Shown here piece after piece: positions 37,059 through 44,397 of a stretch of DNA of 64,000 nt; position 1 is the stretch's first letter; every line of letters starts with the position of its first letter. Both the position numbers and the translations under genes were made by a program. The notes below the pieces were generated by a model. It was not told where the DNA came from. It saw only the letters and a list, made by a program, of their open reading frames with translations, and ran no database searches. The stretch lies in the sequence record NC_052657.1. One strand, written 5' to 3'. The DNA comes from Escherichia phage muut.

Positions 37059-37343
37059 TTATTTTTTAATGTTTTGCCCTACAAAATTAATCACTTCCTT
37101 AAGCTGTTTCTCAGTCATGATCGTGCCTGGCAATTCTTCTTTGATTTCTTCCGGTAGATAGATATTACCGCGCCAGGTTAATAAACAACCGTTTTGATCT
37201 TCGCAGATAGAATAAGAGAAGATCCACTCATTATCATTCTCAAGCTCCCAAAAGCACAAAAAATCTTCTTTCCCCAGGTTTTCAACGGTTAAACATAAGC
37301 CGCGACGTGCTGCATAGTTGGAAAGTGCTTTTGTGATCTTCAT
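37059..37343 (-). CDS. hypothetical protein (94 aa)
   Basis: AAGAGA RBS. Confidence 0.5.
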   Translation of the reverse strand: MKITKALSNYAARRGLCLTVENLGKEDFLCFWELENDNEWIFSYSICEDQNGCLLTWRGNIYLPEEIKEELPGTIMTEKQLKEVINFVGQNIKK

Positions 37344-37363
37344 AGCTTATCTCTTCTTTTAAG

Positions 37364-37425
37364 GCGGGGAAACCATTTCCCCGCTCTATGAGATACAATA
37401 TACTACCCGTTCGGTGTGCTGTCAA
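37364..37425 (-). promoter_or_regulatory. promoter plus stem-loop cassette
   Basis: TTGACA-17-TATATT then GCGGGGAAATGGTTTCCCCGC. Confidence 0.55.
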
Positions 37426-37749
37426 TCAATAATCTTCAATATTTTCTACATTGACAAAAGCATGTTTATTTTCTAAGTTTTCGCCGTACCATTGCCCCAT
37501 GTTGATTTCTGCGGTGCGCAACCAGGACATGCCGCGCTCTATCTTTTTACTTGCAATCTCGATCCGGCTTTTGCATAGTGCTTTCGCTTGCAATGTAAAA
37601 ACACTATTGCCCTGTAATGCTTCCAGGTCATCATGTGCAAGGCGATACTCTTTAAAGCCTGATTCTATCATTTCAATCGCATCAAGGAAACGAGCGCGAT
37701 GATAGAAAAAATCAGAGTTATCCAAATAAACACCGATCACAGATTTCAT
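37426..37749 (-). CDS. hypothetical protein (107 aa)
   Basis: ATG with AAGGG RBS 60 nt inside ORF-track ORF. Confidence 0.5.
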   Translation of the reverse strand: MKSVIGVYLDNSDFFYHRARFLDAIEMIESGFKEYRLAHDDLEALQGNSVFTLQAKALCKSRIEIASKKIERGMSWLRTAEINMGQWYGENLENKHAFVNVENIEDY

Positions 37750-37759
37750 AATTTTACCC

Positions 37760-37820
37760 TTTTGTTTGCGGCCTTTGCCGTTTTCAAGATATAGTTTAAA
37801 GCATAACAAAAAATTGTCAA
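37760..37820 (-). promoter_or_regulatory. promoter with short stem-loop
   Basis: TTGACA-16-TAAACT; CGGC-AAAG-GCCG hairpin. Confidence 0.4.
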
Positions 37821-37849
37821 GCCTTTAAAGCGTACAACTATAAAACCTA

Positions 37850-37969
37850 TTAAAACACAATGCATAACAACATGGCTATAGTAGCAATACAACATAAAGC
37901 CATGCTTGTTTTCCTTCCTTCCTCGTATGCTGGATTTATTACGCTATATTGTACGGGAATAATTTTCAT
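37850..37969 (-). CDS. small hydrophobic peptide (39 aa)
   Basis: AAGGA RBS; Cys-rich hydrophobic C-terminus. Confidence 0.3.
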   Translation of the reverse strand: MKIIPVQYSVINPAYEEGRKTSMALCCIATIAMLLCIVF

Positions 37970-38078
37970 GCTGTTTCCTTAATGTCTTAAAACGTGGTTT
38001 ACAATAGAAACAAGTATACAGAAGAAAAAAGATCCTGACAATAAGATCCCGAAAAATAAATGTAAATAGGGCATGGTT

Positions 38079-38381
38079 TTACTCCTTAAAAAAATCATTG
38101 ACAATTAAACTGATAACGCCCAGCACCAGATCACCAGGTAGCGCCGCGCTTTCGTTGTTGCTTGTTTGCACTTCCTCACTAGTACCAGCATGATAGATTG
38201 CATGGTAAGCAATAGTACAATAACCTTTCGTTATTTCTTTAAGATTAATGATTAGCACGTTATTTGTTTCATCTTGAAACAATTTAGCGGTGATAGTATT
38301 GTTTTCTTTTACACTATCGACTTTTATTGATGGATCATTTACACCAGAAAAAAGAAAAAACGTTTTAGCTATGCCGTTCAT
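38079..38381 (-). CDS. hypothetical protein (100 aa)
   Basis: GGAG RBS. Confidence 0.5.
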   Translation of the reverse strand: MNGIAKTFFLFSGVNDPSIKVDSVKENNTITAKLFQDETNNVLIINLKEITKGYCTIAYHAIYHAGTSEEVQTSNNESAALPGDLVLGVISLIVNDFFKE

Positions 38382-38428
38382 GTAGTTCTCCTTTGTTGTG
38401 TGTATCTTATAACGTGCTTTCTATGTTG

Positions 38429-38830
38429 TCAATCTTTTATCTCGGTGCATTTTGCTAGGGTATACGTTGCAAGTGCTGACACTAGTTTTTCATTGCTACG
38501 ATCTGCGGCTGTACTGTGTACTTTTTGAATACTTTTTAACCACGGCGTAAAATTTTGAGTAGTCAGCACACTGGTAATAATTTCACATGGCACATCTTCA
38601 TTTAAGCCGTTAACAATAGACTTATCTATTTTTGCCGTTAGTTGTGTAACAGCACCATAAGCGATCATGTGTGAATCCTCCATGATTTCATCGGGGATCG
38701 CATTATTAATAAGCATGACGTTTTCCATTGCATCAACGGCGCTTAATTCTGCTACTGTGGAGGATATCGCCGCGCTAGATGTTCCAACCATGCCAAAATA
38801 GATTAAACCAGCGATCAATAAGTTTTTCAT
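38429..38830 (-). CDS. secreted/periplasmic protein with signal peptide (133 aa)
   Basis: ATG with GAGG RBS; N-terminal MKNLLIAGLIYFGMVGTSSA signal-like segment. Confidence 0.5.
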   Translation of the reverse strand: MKNLLIAGLIYFGMVGTSSAAISSTVAELSAVDAMENVMLINNAIPDEIMEDSHMIAYGAVTQLTAKIDKSIVNGLNEDVPCEIITSVLTTQNFTPWLKSIQKVHSTAADRSNEKLVSALATYTLAKCTEIKD

Positions 38831-38838
38831 TTCTTGCC

Positions 38839-39021
38839 TCATATATGTTTTATTGAGATTATATTGTCACTATATACAACGTTTTTCAACGTGTCAATAA
38901 AAATCTTATTGCCTTCAATCCCCAGGATCACGCCGCTAGTTATGAAGCCATATTGATCACGATATCGGGCGCATAACCTTTGCCCCTGGGCTAGTGCCTT
39001 GCTTATTTCGTCTAATTTCAT
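38839..39021 (-). CDS. hypothetical protein (60 aa)
   Basis: GGAG RBS. Confidence 0.45.
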   Translation of the reverse strand: MKLDEISKALAQGQRLCARYRDQYGFITSGVILGIEGNKIFIDTLKNVVYSDNIISIKHI

Positions 39022-39115
39022 TTTTAAAGCTCCTGTAAAGCTGTCTAACGTGGTTTATAGGCTTATCCTGGCGTTACCATTGCCTATGGGTAACAAGCCT
39101 CTATATAAGCTAAAA

Positions 39116-39139
39116 GGGCGCTTATTGCGCCCTTTTTTG
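39116..39139. terminator. rho-independent terminator (bidirectional)
   Basis: GGGCG-CTTATTG-CGCCC with T-run. Confidence 0.5.
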
Positions 39140-39277
39140 TTATTCGTTCCAGTATCTTTTTGTGCTGCGATCTCTTTTTGTTTTGTTCCGCTTATCGCCT
39201 TTTTTGGTGATCTCTTCGTTCCAATTTTTACGCGCCTTGCTGCGGTTGAATTTTTCGATCTGCTGTGATGCGTTCAT
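39140..39277 (-). CDS. small basic protein (45 aa)
   Basis: AAGGA RBS; Lys/Arg rich; plus-strand ORFs here look spurious. Confidence 0.4.
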   Translation of the reverse strand: MNASQQIEKFNRSKARKNWNEEITKKGDKRNKTKRDRSTKRYWNE

Positions 39278-39292
39278 GTTTTTTCCTTTTAA

Positions 39293-39652
39293 TCACGCCA
39301 CGTTATGCTGTTTTGCCAGGGTTACGATCATGCTTGCAATATATAACCAATAATTTTCCCGCTCACGGGTAACGGTTGTTTCTCTGCTTGTTTCTTTTAT
39401 GTACTTCCATTCAATTAACAAGTGATCGATCTCGTTATAATCAAAAGCAATATTGATTTCTGACGGTAAACCTTGTAACCAGGAGGCTATCGCCTTGATC
39501 ATGTTATGATTGTAACGTTTTTGATTATCGGGATACCAGTATTCAGAATTAAAACGGCGCATCAGTTCGGTGATTTTTTCTTTTTCGGTTGTAGTACCAT
39601 CAAAAGAAATAGCCGACAAAATGTAAGTTTTAATTGCTTTTGCTGATTTCAT
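39293..39652 (-). CDS. hypothetical protein (119 aa)
   Basis: AAAGAG RBS after hairpin. Confidence 0.5.
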   Translation of the reverse strand: MKSAKAIKTYILSAISFDGTTTEKEKITELMRRFNSEYWYPDNQKRYNHNMIKAIASWLQGLPSEINIAFDYNEIDHLLIEWKYIKETSRETTVTRERENYWLYIASMIVTLAKQHNVA

Positions 39653-39673
39653 AATCTTATCTCTTTATTGATG

Positions 39674-39732
39674 GCGGGAAACCATTTCCCGCCGTTGTTG
39701 TTACTTTACTTATAAATGATGCTACTGTCAAG
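39674..39732 (-). promoter_or_regulatory. promoter plus stem-loop cassette
   Basis: TTGACA-18-TAAAGT then GGCGGGAAATGGTTTCCCGCC. Confidence 0.55.
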
Positions 39733-39738
39733 CGAATA

Positions 39739-39909
39739 TTATTTATTTTTTAACGTTAATGTTCCCAGCTTATCAGCGTGACGCAGACCAGGAAAGATCC
39801 ATTTTCCTGATTCATCTTTCACCGGGGCTTTAAGCGTAGCGCCCAGGTTGGCGGCGTTAACTTTACGTGCAACGTTGCGAGCGGCTTCACGGGTGGCGAA
39901 AGTGATCAT
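39739..39909 (-). CDS. small protein (56 aa)
   Basis: GAGGA RBS after hairpin; below ORF-track cut-off. Confidence 0.45.
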   Translation of the reverse strand: MITFATREAARNVARKVNAANLGATLKAPVKDESGKWIFPGLRHADKLGTLTLKNK

Positions 39910-39932
39910 GATGTTTCCTCTTCTCTTTGTTA

Positions 39933-39993
39933 GGCGGTGGGCTATTCCACCGCCTTAATGAATATAGTTTACTGATTTTAGTTATCTTGTCAA
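39933..39993 (-). promoter_or_regulatory. promoter plus stem-loop cassette
   Basis: TTGACA-16-TAAACT then GGCGGTGG-AATAGC-CCACCGCC. Confidence 0.55.
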
Positions 39994-40001
39994 GATTATT
40001 T

Positions 40002-40229
40002 TTAGTTTAATCCATCCAGGCACAACAAGCGATCAACGTTTAGATCGGTTAGGCTAATCGTTGGCACCTGGTAGGATTCGATGTACTCAACGCTCGACCA
40101 TTGCCCAAAGTTAGCGACCGCCCAGCTATTCAAGGAGGAGTGAAGATCATCCCCTTTCTTCTCTGTGATAACTGCTACTACCTGAGAGATTCCAACCGTA
40201 CCGGATACGCGAACAATAACGATAGCCAT
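40002..40229 (-). CDS. hypothetical protein (75 aa)
   Basis: AAAGG RBS after hairpin. Confidence 0.5.
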   Translation of the reverse strand: MAIVIVRVSGTVGISQVVAVITEKKGDDLHSSLNSWAVANFGQWSSVEYIESYQVPTISLTDLNVDRLLCLDGLN

Positions 40230-40251
40230 AATGATAACCTTTCTTTGATTT

Positions 40252-40312
40252 GGCGGGAAACCATTTCCCCGCCTTATGTGATAAACTATACCAGATTAAA
40301 AAACGTTGTCAA
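40252..40312 (-). promoter_or_regulatory. promoter plus stem-loop cassette
   Basis: TTGACA-16-TATAGT then GGCGGGGAAATGGTTTCCCGCC. Confidence 0.55.
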
Positions 40313-40321
40313 CTGCTTTTA

Positions 40322-40561
40322 TTACATTCCTACCATAGCGGCGCGGATACTGGTTTTACTGAATTTATAGCCATCTGGCGTAGTATTTTCGCCCATTTCG
40401 TTAAGTAGTGACATCATTTCACGCGCGGCGTTATCTTTATTGTTGTTCACGGCTATAAATTCTTTTGCCATATTATAAAAACCTGGATCGTTATTAATCC
40501 AAAGGCTTACATTCCAATGAGTTTTATTTTTGTGACCGTTGTACATTTTAGATTTAGCCAT
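40322..40561 (-). CDS. hypothetical protein (79 aa)
   Basis: AAGAG RBS after hairpin. Confidence 0.5.
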   Translation of the reverse strand: MAKSKMYNGHKNKTHWNVSLWINNDPGFYNMAKEFIAVNNNKDNAAREMMSLLNEMGENTTPDGYKFSKTSIRAAMVGM

Positions 40562-40585
40562 GATGTTAATCTCTTTTTCAGTGAG

Positions 40586-40644
40586 GCGGGAACTATTCCC
40601 GCTCTCGATGTAAACTATTATACAGTACTAAGATACTTTGTCAA
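40586..40644 (-). promoter_or_regulatory. promoter plus stem-loop cassette
   Basis: TTGACA-16-TATAAT then GCGGGAATAGTTCCCGC. Confidence 0.6.
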
Positions 40645-40647
40645 TAC

Positions 40648-40923
40648 TTAAGTATTGTAAATGTCGTGAATAGTGATAAAGTTTTTACGACCGTAAACAT
40701 GTAAATCAGTATCAATGTAGTGCTTATCAAGTACATCCTCGACGCTTAACGCGGTGTCGTGAATATCTTCGTAGAATTGAGGATCTACAATCTTACTTAA
40801 ATCATCCGGCGTTAACTTATCATTAAGCCATTGAACCGCCTGGATATCTGCTTCACGTTTCCAGTCTTCCAGGTTAGTAGTCAGTACTTGTTCGATTTCG
40901 TTAGCTGTCAGTAGAATCCGCAT
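40648..40923 (-). CDS. hypothetical protein (91 aa)
   Basis: GGAA RBS. Confidence 0.5.
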   Translation of the reverse strand: MRILLTANEIEQVLTTNLEDWKREADIQAVQWLNDKLTPDDLSKIVDPQFYEDIHDTALSVEDVLDKHYIDTDLHVYGRKNFITIHDIYNT

Positions 40924-40956
40924 TTTAATGTTTCCTTATCAGTGGTTGATGTAAGT

Positions 40957-40984
40957 ATTATACTCGTTTACTTTCTATTGTCAA
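40957..40984 (-). promoter_or_regulatory. sigma70-like promoter
   Basis: TTGACA-16-TATAAT. Confidence 0.55.
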
Positions 40985-40994
40985 ACTATTTTAT

Positions 40995-41100
40995 CAGGGG
41001 GAGTTTTTCGTGTGCCTTACTCCTGGGCTACTTAACGGGGTGTTACTTCGTTCCCCCGTCCTGATATGAAACATTTTACGCTTTTTATTCGTGCTGTCAA
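40995..41100 (-). promoter_or_regulatory. second promoter followed by double stem-loop
   Basis: TTGACA-16-TAAAAT, then ACGGGG...CCCCGT and GGAGT...ACTCC hairpins. Confidence 0.45.
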
Positions 41101-41106
41101 TGCTTT

Positions 41107-41472
41107 TTATAAATCTTTTTTACGTTTAACATCGCTTGCATGGCTGTATACAGCGATCCCATTGTCACGGCAAAAACGGGAAAGATACGCGCCGCGTGAA
41201 AACTCTTTACCTTCCAGGTTGATAACCTTGCTAAACTCTTCTAGGGCAACGGTATCAAAATGATCCCCGTATCCATATTGGAACGGCACGTTTACCACTT
41301 CGATCAGTTTACCGCCGATCTCAACGTCAACCATCAAAGAGAAATAAGTATTACCATAAGACTTTTGAAACCAGCGACGGGCGCTAATATGCACCGCTTC
41401 AATGCTGGATAGTTCAATTTTAGCCGTGTTAGCCAGGGTAGCATAAGCGGAAACATTAATATTTTTAGCCAT
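41107..41472 (-). CDS. hypothetical protein (121 aa)
   Basis: AGGA RBS. Confidence 0.5.
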   Translation of the reverse strand: MAKNINVSAYATLANTAKIELSSIEAVHISARRWFQKSYGNTYFSLMVDVEIGGKLIEVVNVPFQYGYGDHFDTVALEEFSKVINLEGKEFSRGAYLSRFCRDNGIAVYSHASDVKRKKDL

Positions 41473-41509
41473 GATTTTATTCCTTAGTAACGCTTCAATT
41501 TATATAAGC

Positions 41510-41537
41510 ATTATAGCTTACTGATTTCAGTTGTCAA
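41510..41537 (-). promoter_or_regulatory. sigma70-like promoter
   Basis: TTGACA-16-TATAAT. Confidence 0.55.
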
Positions 41538-41558
41538 GTGATTTTTTATTTCACCTTT

Positions 41559-41615
41559 GAGGGGGTTGCCCCGCTCTATGTGGTACATATTACGGGGCTT
41601 GTTTGCATATGTCAA
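41559..41615 (-). promoter_or_regulatory. promoter plus stem-loop cassette (tandem with 41510-41537)
   Basis: TTGACA-17-TAATAT then GAGCGGGGCAACCCCCTC. Confidence 0.45.
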
Positions 41616-41618
41616 GCC

Positions 41619-42173
41619 TTACACAATGCAATTTTCATAATTTTTTAAGGCTTGTATTTTTTCCTCTTCTGTCGGCCTATATGGCTGGATCTCTTCCTCT
41701 TCCAGGGTGGGCATGATTTCTTCCTCTTCCTCCTGGTCGTCCTGGTCTTCCTCTTGCGCTATGGTAACAAGTTTATTGATCTTCTCCTGGGCTTTAATCA
41801 ATTTTGCATCTAGCACCATTTTAGCGGTGTTGTATACAGTCCATGCCATGCGCTTTTCTTCGTATGCCTTATCTAGTGCGGCTAATTTAGCGGGATACTC
41901 TTCTAACACCTTAAAAGCCGGATCAATGCTATATAAGGGATTATTTTTAGCATCATCGCTTGGATCTGCGGCGCTTGCAATGTCAGCGTTACCATTTGCC
42001 AGCCAACCAGGGCGAACGGATCGCGCCTTTGTGTTGCCGTTGCTCTTTGCCGCTCGATTTCCTATCTGCTCCCCGCTATACCCTACCATGTGATCGATCA
42101 TTTCATCTGGTATTATGCGCGGATCATTAGCGTCATGCTTTACCCATGACTGGATCACATATTCACGCCCCAT
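41619..42173 (-). CDS. hypothetical protein with acidic C-terminus (184 aa)
   Basis: ORF overlapping upstream gene end. Confidence 0.5.
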   Translation of the reverse strand: MGREYVIQSWVKHDANDPRIIPDEMIDHMVGYSGEQIGNRAAKSNGNTKARSVRPGWLANGNADIASAADPSDDAKNNPLYSIDPAFKVLEEYPAKLAALDKAYEEKRMAWTVYNTAKMVLDAKLIKAQEKINKLVTIAQEEDQDDQEEEEEIMPTLEEEEIQPYRPTEEEKIQALKNYENCIV

Positions 42174-42435
42174 GTTCGTTCGCCTCTTCTGTTAGTAGTT
42201 TACATACCTTAAACATGCTTGCCGCATCTTTTGACGGTAGCCAGCCTATCCGATACACTCCAGGATCTGGATTAGTTATATCAGTTAGTTGCGCGTTGCG
42301 ATGATTAAAAATAGTGTAACCGCCGCCAGCACGGGGATAAACATTATCTTTAAACCTGATAGCGTATCTCGCCAGGTCGAACGTTGTAGCATGTTCAAAA
42401 GCGATCACATTATCAAAAACTTTTAGAAAAAACAA
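42163..42435 (-). CDS. hypothetical protein (90 aa)
   Basis: TTG start with GGGGAGG RBS. Confidence 0.45.
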   Translation of the reverse strand: MFFLKVFDNVIAFEHATTFDLARYAIRFKDNVYPRAGGGYTIFNHRNAQLTDITNPDPGVYRIGWLPSKDAASMFKVCKLLTEEANEHGA

Positions 42436-42437
42436 GA

Positions 42438-42584
42438 TTATCCTCCCCAGCGTTTAAAGCCCGTTGCACGGTTGTTTTTTAGCTCTCGTTTTAGTCTCTT
42501 GCAACGGTTTACAAGTGCAAACCGTGCCGGAGTCGTAACAGTAGCGCCGTTTTTGGTGTGAATACTCATTACATATTGTTTCAT
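42438..42584 (-). CDS. small basic protein (48 aa)
   Basis: ATG after hairpin; stop overlaps RBS of next gene. Confidence 0.4.
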   Translation of the reverse strand: MKQYVMSIHTKNGATVTTPARFALVNRCKRLKRELKNNRATGFKRWGG

Positions 42585-42604
42585 AAAGTTTTATCCTATG
42601 TAAG

Positions 42605-42656
42605 CGGGAACTATTCCCGCTTTAAGATAGCTTATCAGGTTTTAGTGCAACGTCAA
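42605..42656 (-). promoter_or_regulatory. promoter plus stem-loop cassette
   Basis: TTGACG-16-TAAGCT then GCGGGAATAGTTCCCGC. Confidence 0.5.
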
Positions 42657-42690
42657 CCGTTTTTTTAATCTTTTTTCATTTCTTTTTTGC

Positions 42691-42744
42691 TTGCTATCTA
42701 TAAAGGAAACGGCTATTATCTTTCTACCGCGCCAACCAGGGCGC
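42691..42744 (+). promoter_or_regulatory. divergent promoter plus stem-loop (plus strand)
   Basis: TTGCTA-17-TATTAT then GCGCC-AACCAG-GGCGC hairpin. Confidence 0.45.
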
Positions 42745-42766
42745 ACATCAAAGAAAGGGCGATACC

Positions 42767-43033
42767 ATGACAAATACCCCTTTACATCTCATGCACTCAT
42801 TGGGCTGGCAAGGCGGCACGGTGCACCAGGTAGCAAGCGCAACGGGCTTAAAGGTTGAAACCGTTCTCAACCTGGGCGATCATAAGGTGGAAGAAATAGA
42901 TCATTTTGATACGTTCGCAAATGGTTATCTATGGGCTTGCAGTGGCGGCGGGGAAAGCAAGATCCCGCCAGGGGCGCGGGGCGACATGTATTTTTGGTTA
43001 GGTGTCCTATCCTGGCAAGAAAACAAAAAATAA
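42767..43033 (+). CDS. hypothetical protein (88 aa)
   Basis: AAGGG RBS; lone plus-strand gene between minus blocks. Confidence 0.5.
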   Translation: MTNTPLHLMHSLGWQGGTVHQVASATGLKVETVLNLGDHKVEEIDHFDTFANGYLWACSGGGESKIPPGARGDMYFWLGVLSWQENKK

Positions 43034-43035
43034 TC

Positions 43036-43064
43036 TTGACAAGCCCAGGGATCGGGCTTATACT
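43036..43064 (+). promoter_or_regulatory. sigma70-like promoter
   Basis: TTGACA-17-TATACT. Confidence 0.5.
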
Positions 43065-43070
43065 GTTTTA

Positions 43071-43170
43071 CATACAGAAGAGGAAGCGCCACCCCCACGG
43101 CGTAAAGGCGGGGCTAACATACCAGGGCACTACTGGTTGGAAGGTTGATCGCCGGTAGCTCGTCTAAAAT
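43071..43170 (+). ncRNA. candidate small structured RNA
   Basis: GC-rich hairpin-rich ~100 nt after the promoter, with no ORF and no RBS. Confidence 0.25.
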
Positions 43171-43314
43171 AAATTTGTAAAGAAATGTAAAGATAAAAAT
43201 AATCGCTTGCTTTTGTTGTTGGTTATGCTATTCTTATTGTATGGCGAGGGGATACGGGAGCGCGAGACAAACACCACCCCTGCGCGTTATTCTCTAAATG
43301 AGAAAATTCTTATT

Positions 43315-43405
43315 TGGTAATGATTCTCATTCTCTTACTGAGAATGATTATCACTTACATAATTAAATGATAATGATTCTCATTTACAAATGAGAATGAT
43401 TATCA
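43315..43405. repeat. cluster of four Fur-box-like palindromes
   Basis: TAATGATTCTCATT, GAGAATGATTATCAC, GATAATGATTCTCAT, GAGAATGATTATCAT. Confidence 0.45.
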
Positions 43406-43430
43406 TCCGCACACCCATAAAAACACGAAA

Positions 43431-43631
43431 TTGAACTTTTCATTTTTGATTTTTCTACGGAAAAAGGCAAAAAAACTTTAAATAAACTGGGGAATTTTTA
43501 AAAAATTGAAGTTTTCATTTTCAAAATCTGGACAGAAATACATACAAAAACTTTAAATAATTTTGACCAAACTTGAACTTTTCATTTTCAAAATTTGTAG
43601 CCAAAAATCTGTAAAAACTTTAAATAATTTT
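43431..43631. repeat. three tandem ~62-67 bp direct repeats
   Basis: Each unit: TTGAA(C/G)TTTTCATTTT(C/T)(A/G)A(A/T)(A/T)T ... AAAAACTTTAAATAA. Confidence 0.55.
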
Positions 43632-43845
43632 ATCCTTTTTATAAAAATGATTTTACTGTTCTGTTATAAATAGTAGTTAAGAGATAATGTGTCTTTTAAA
43701 AGCCAGATAGCATAGTCCAACAAACAAATTAAATAATTTATTAACAGAGTACAGAATAATATTTACTCTGGATATATTATTCAGAGGGTGGATTTCCGTA
43801 CATGAAACCCACACCCCTTTTATAAAAATAAAAATTTTCAAAATA

Positions 43846-44397
43846 TCAGGAAATATCAGATTGTGTTTTTAGATAAACAGCAAGGTCTGTATGCCATTTT
43901 CCTAAAAGATTTTGTCCTTTCCAACAATCCTTGTTTTCAACATTACGATCCCACATCCCCATTTTGATACCATAAATAGAATCATAAGGGCTTGCCTCTA
44001 CGAACTCCTTATCTGCGTAAGCAATAAGTTTATTTTTGAGATCTTCATTTTGTGTGTATTTAAGATACAAACCACGTTCGACAATCTTCTCCCGTAAAGA
44101 AGTCCAGGTATCTTCATCATAATCCTTAACTAATCTACCTAGTCGCTTATAATATGCTTGTTCTTTTTCTCCTGTATATCTTAGATCTCCGGTTAAAATA
44201 GAAGATGCAATATTGTAATCATAAAACAAACATGCTTTTCTCCACATCATATATTGTTCCACACAAGTAAATTCAACATAACTTGTAATAGAATTATTAT
44301 ACTTGGGAGCTAAAGGTTCAATAAAAGATGATAGATACCAGTTGCTAAATTCATCTTTTGCCGAAAAGAAGAACACATACTTATCAGTAATCCGCAT
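43846..44397 (-). CDS. NADAR (YbiA-like) domain protein
   Basis: FSNW, EQYMMWRKACLF, KYTQNEDLKNKL...EASPYDSIYGIKMG, GQNLLGK segments align with the YbiA/NADAR fold. Confidence 0.7.
   Translation of the reverse strand: MRITDKYVFFFSAKDEFSNWYLSSFIEPLAPKYNNSITSYVEFTCVEQYMMWRKACLFYDYNIASSILTGDLRYTGEKEQAYYKRLGRLVKDYDEDTWTSLREKIVERGLYLKYTQNEDLKNKLIAYADKEFVEASPYDSIYGIKMGMWDRNVENKDCWKGQNLLGKWHTDLAVYLKTQSDIS

Noticed and set aside
34247-37809. ORF-track N-terminal extensions of minus-strand genes (e.g. 34247..34555, 34942..35367, 36215..36439, 36807..37007, 37426..37809)
   Set aside because: The extensions translate the promoter and hairpin; a start codon with a Shine-Dalgarno match lies just downstream of each hairpin, so the starts were moved.
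38999-39353. Plus-strand ORFs 38999..39268 and 39162..39353
   Set aside because: Antisense to a minus-strand gene with RBS and terminator; low-complexity Leu/Phe-rich translation; no RBS.
41707-42093. Plus-strand ORF 41707..42093 (128 aa)
   Set aside because: Lies fully inside minus-strand gene 41619..42173; Ser/Ala-rich mirror translation of its acidic region.
42931-43158. Plus-strand ORF 42931..43158 (75 aa)
   Set aside because: Overlaps the end of 42767..43033 out of frame and reads through a consensus promoter; the region is better explained as promoter plus non-coding leader.
43431-43631. CRISPR-like array from the ~62 bp tandem repeats
   Set aside because: Units are contiguous and near-identical over their full length with no unique spacers; they look like tandem promoter or iteron duplications.
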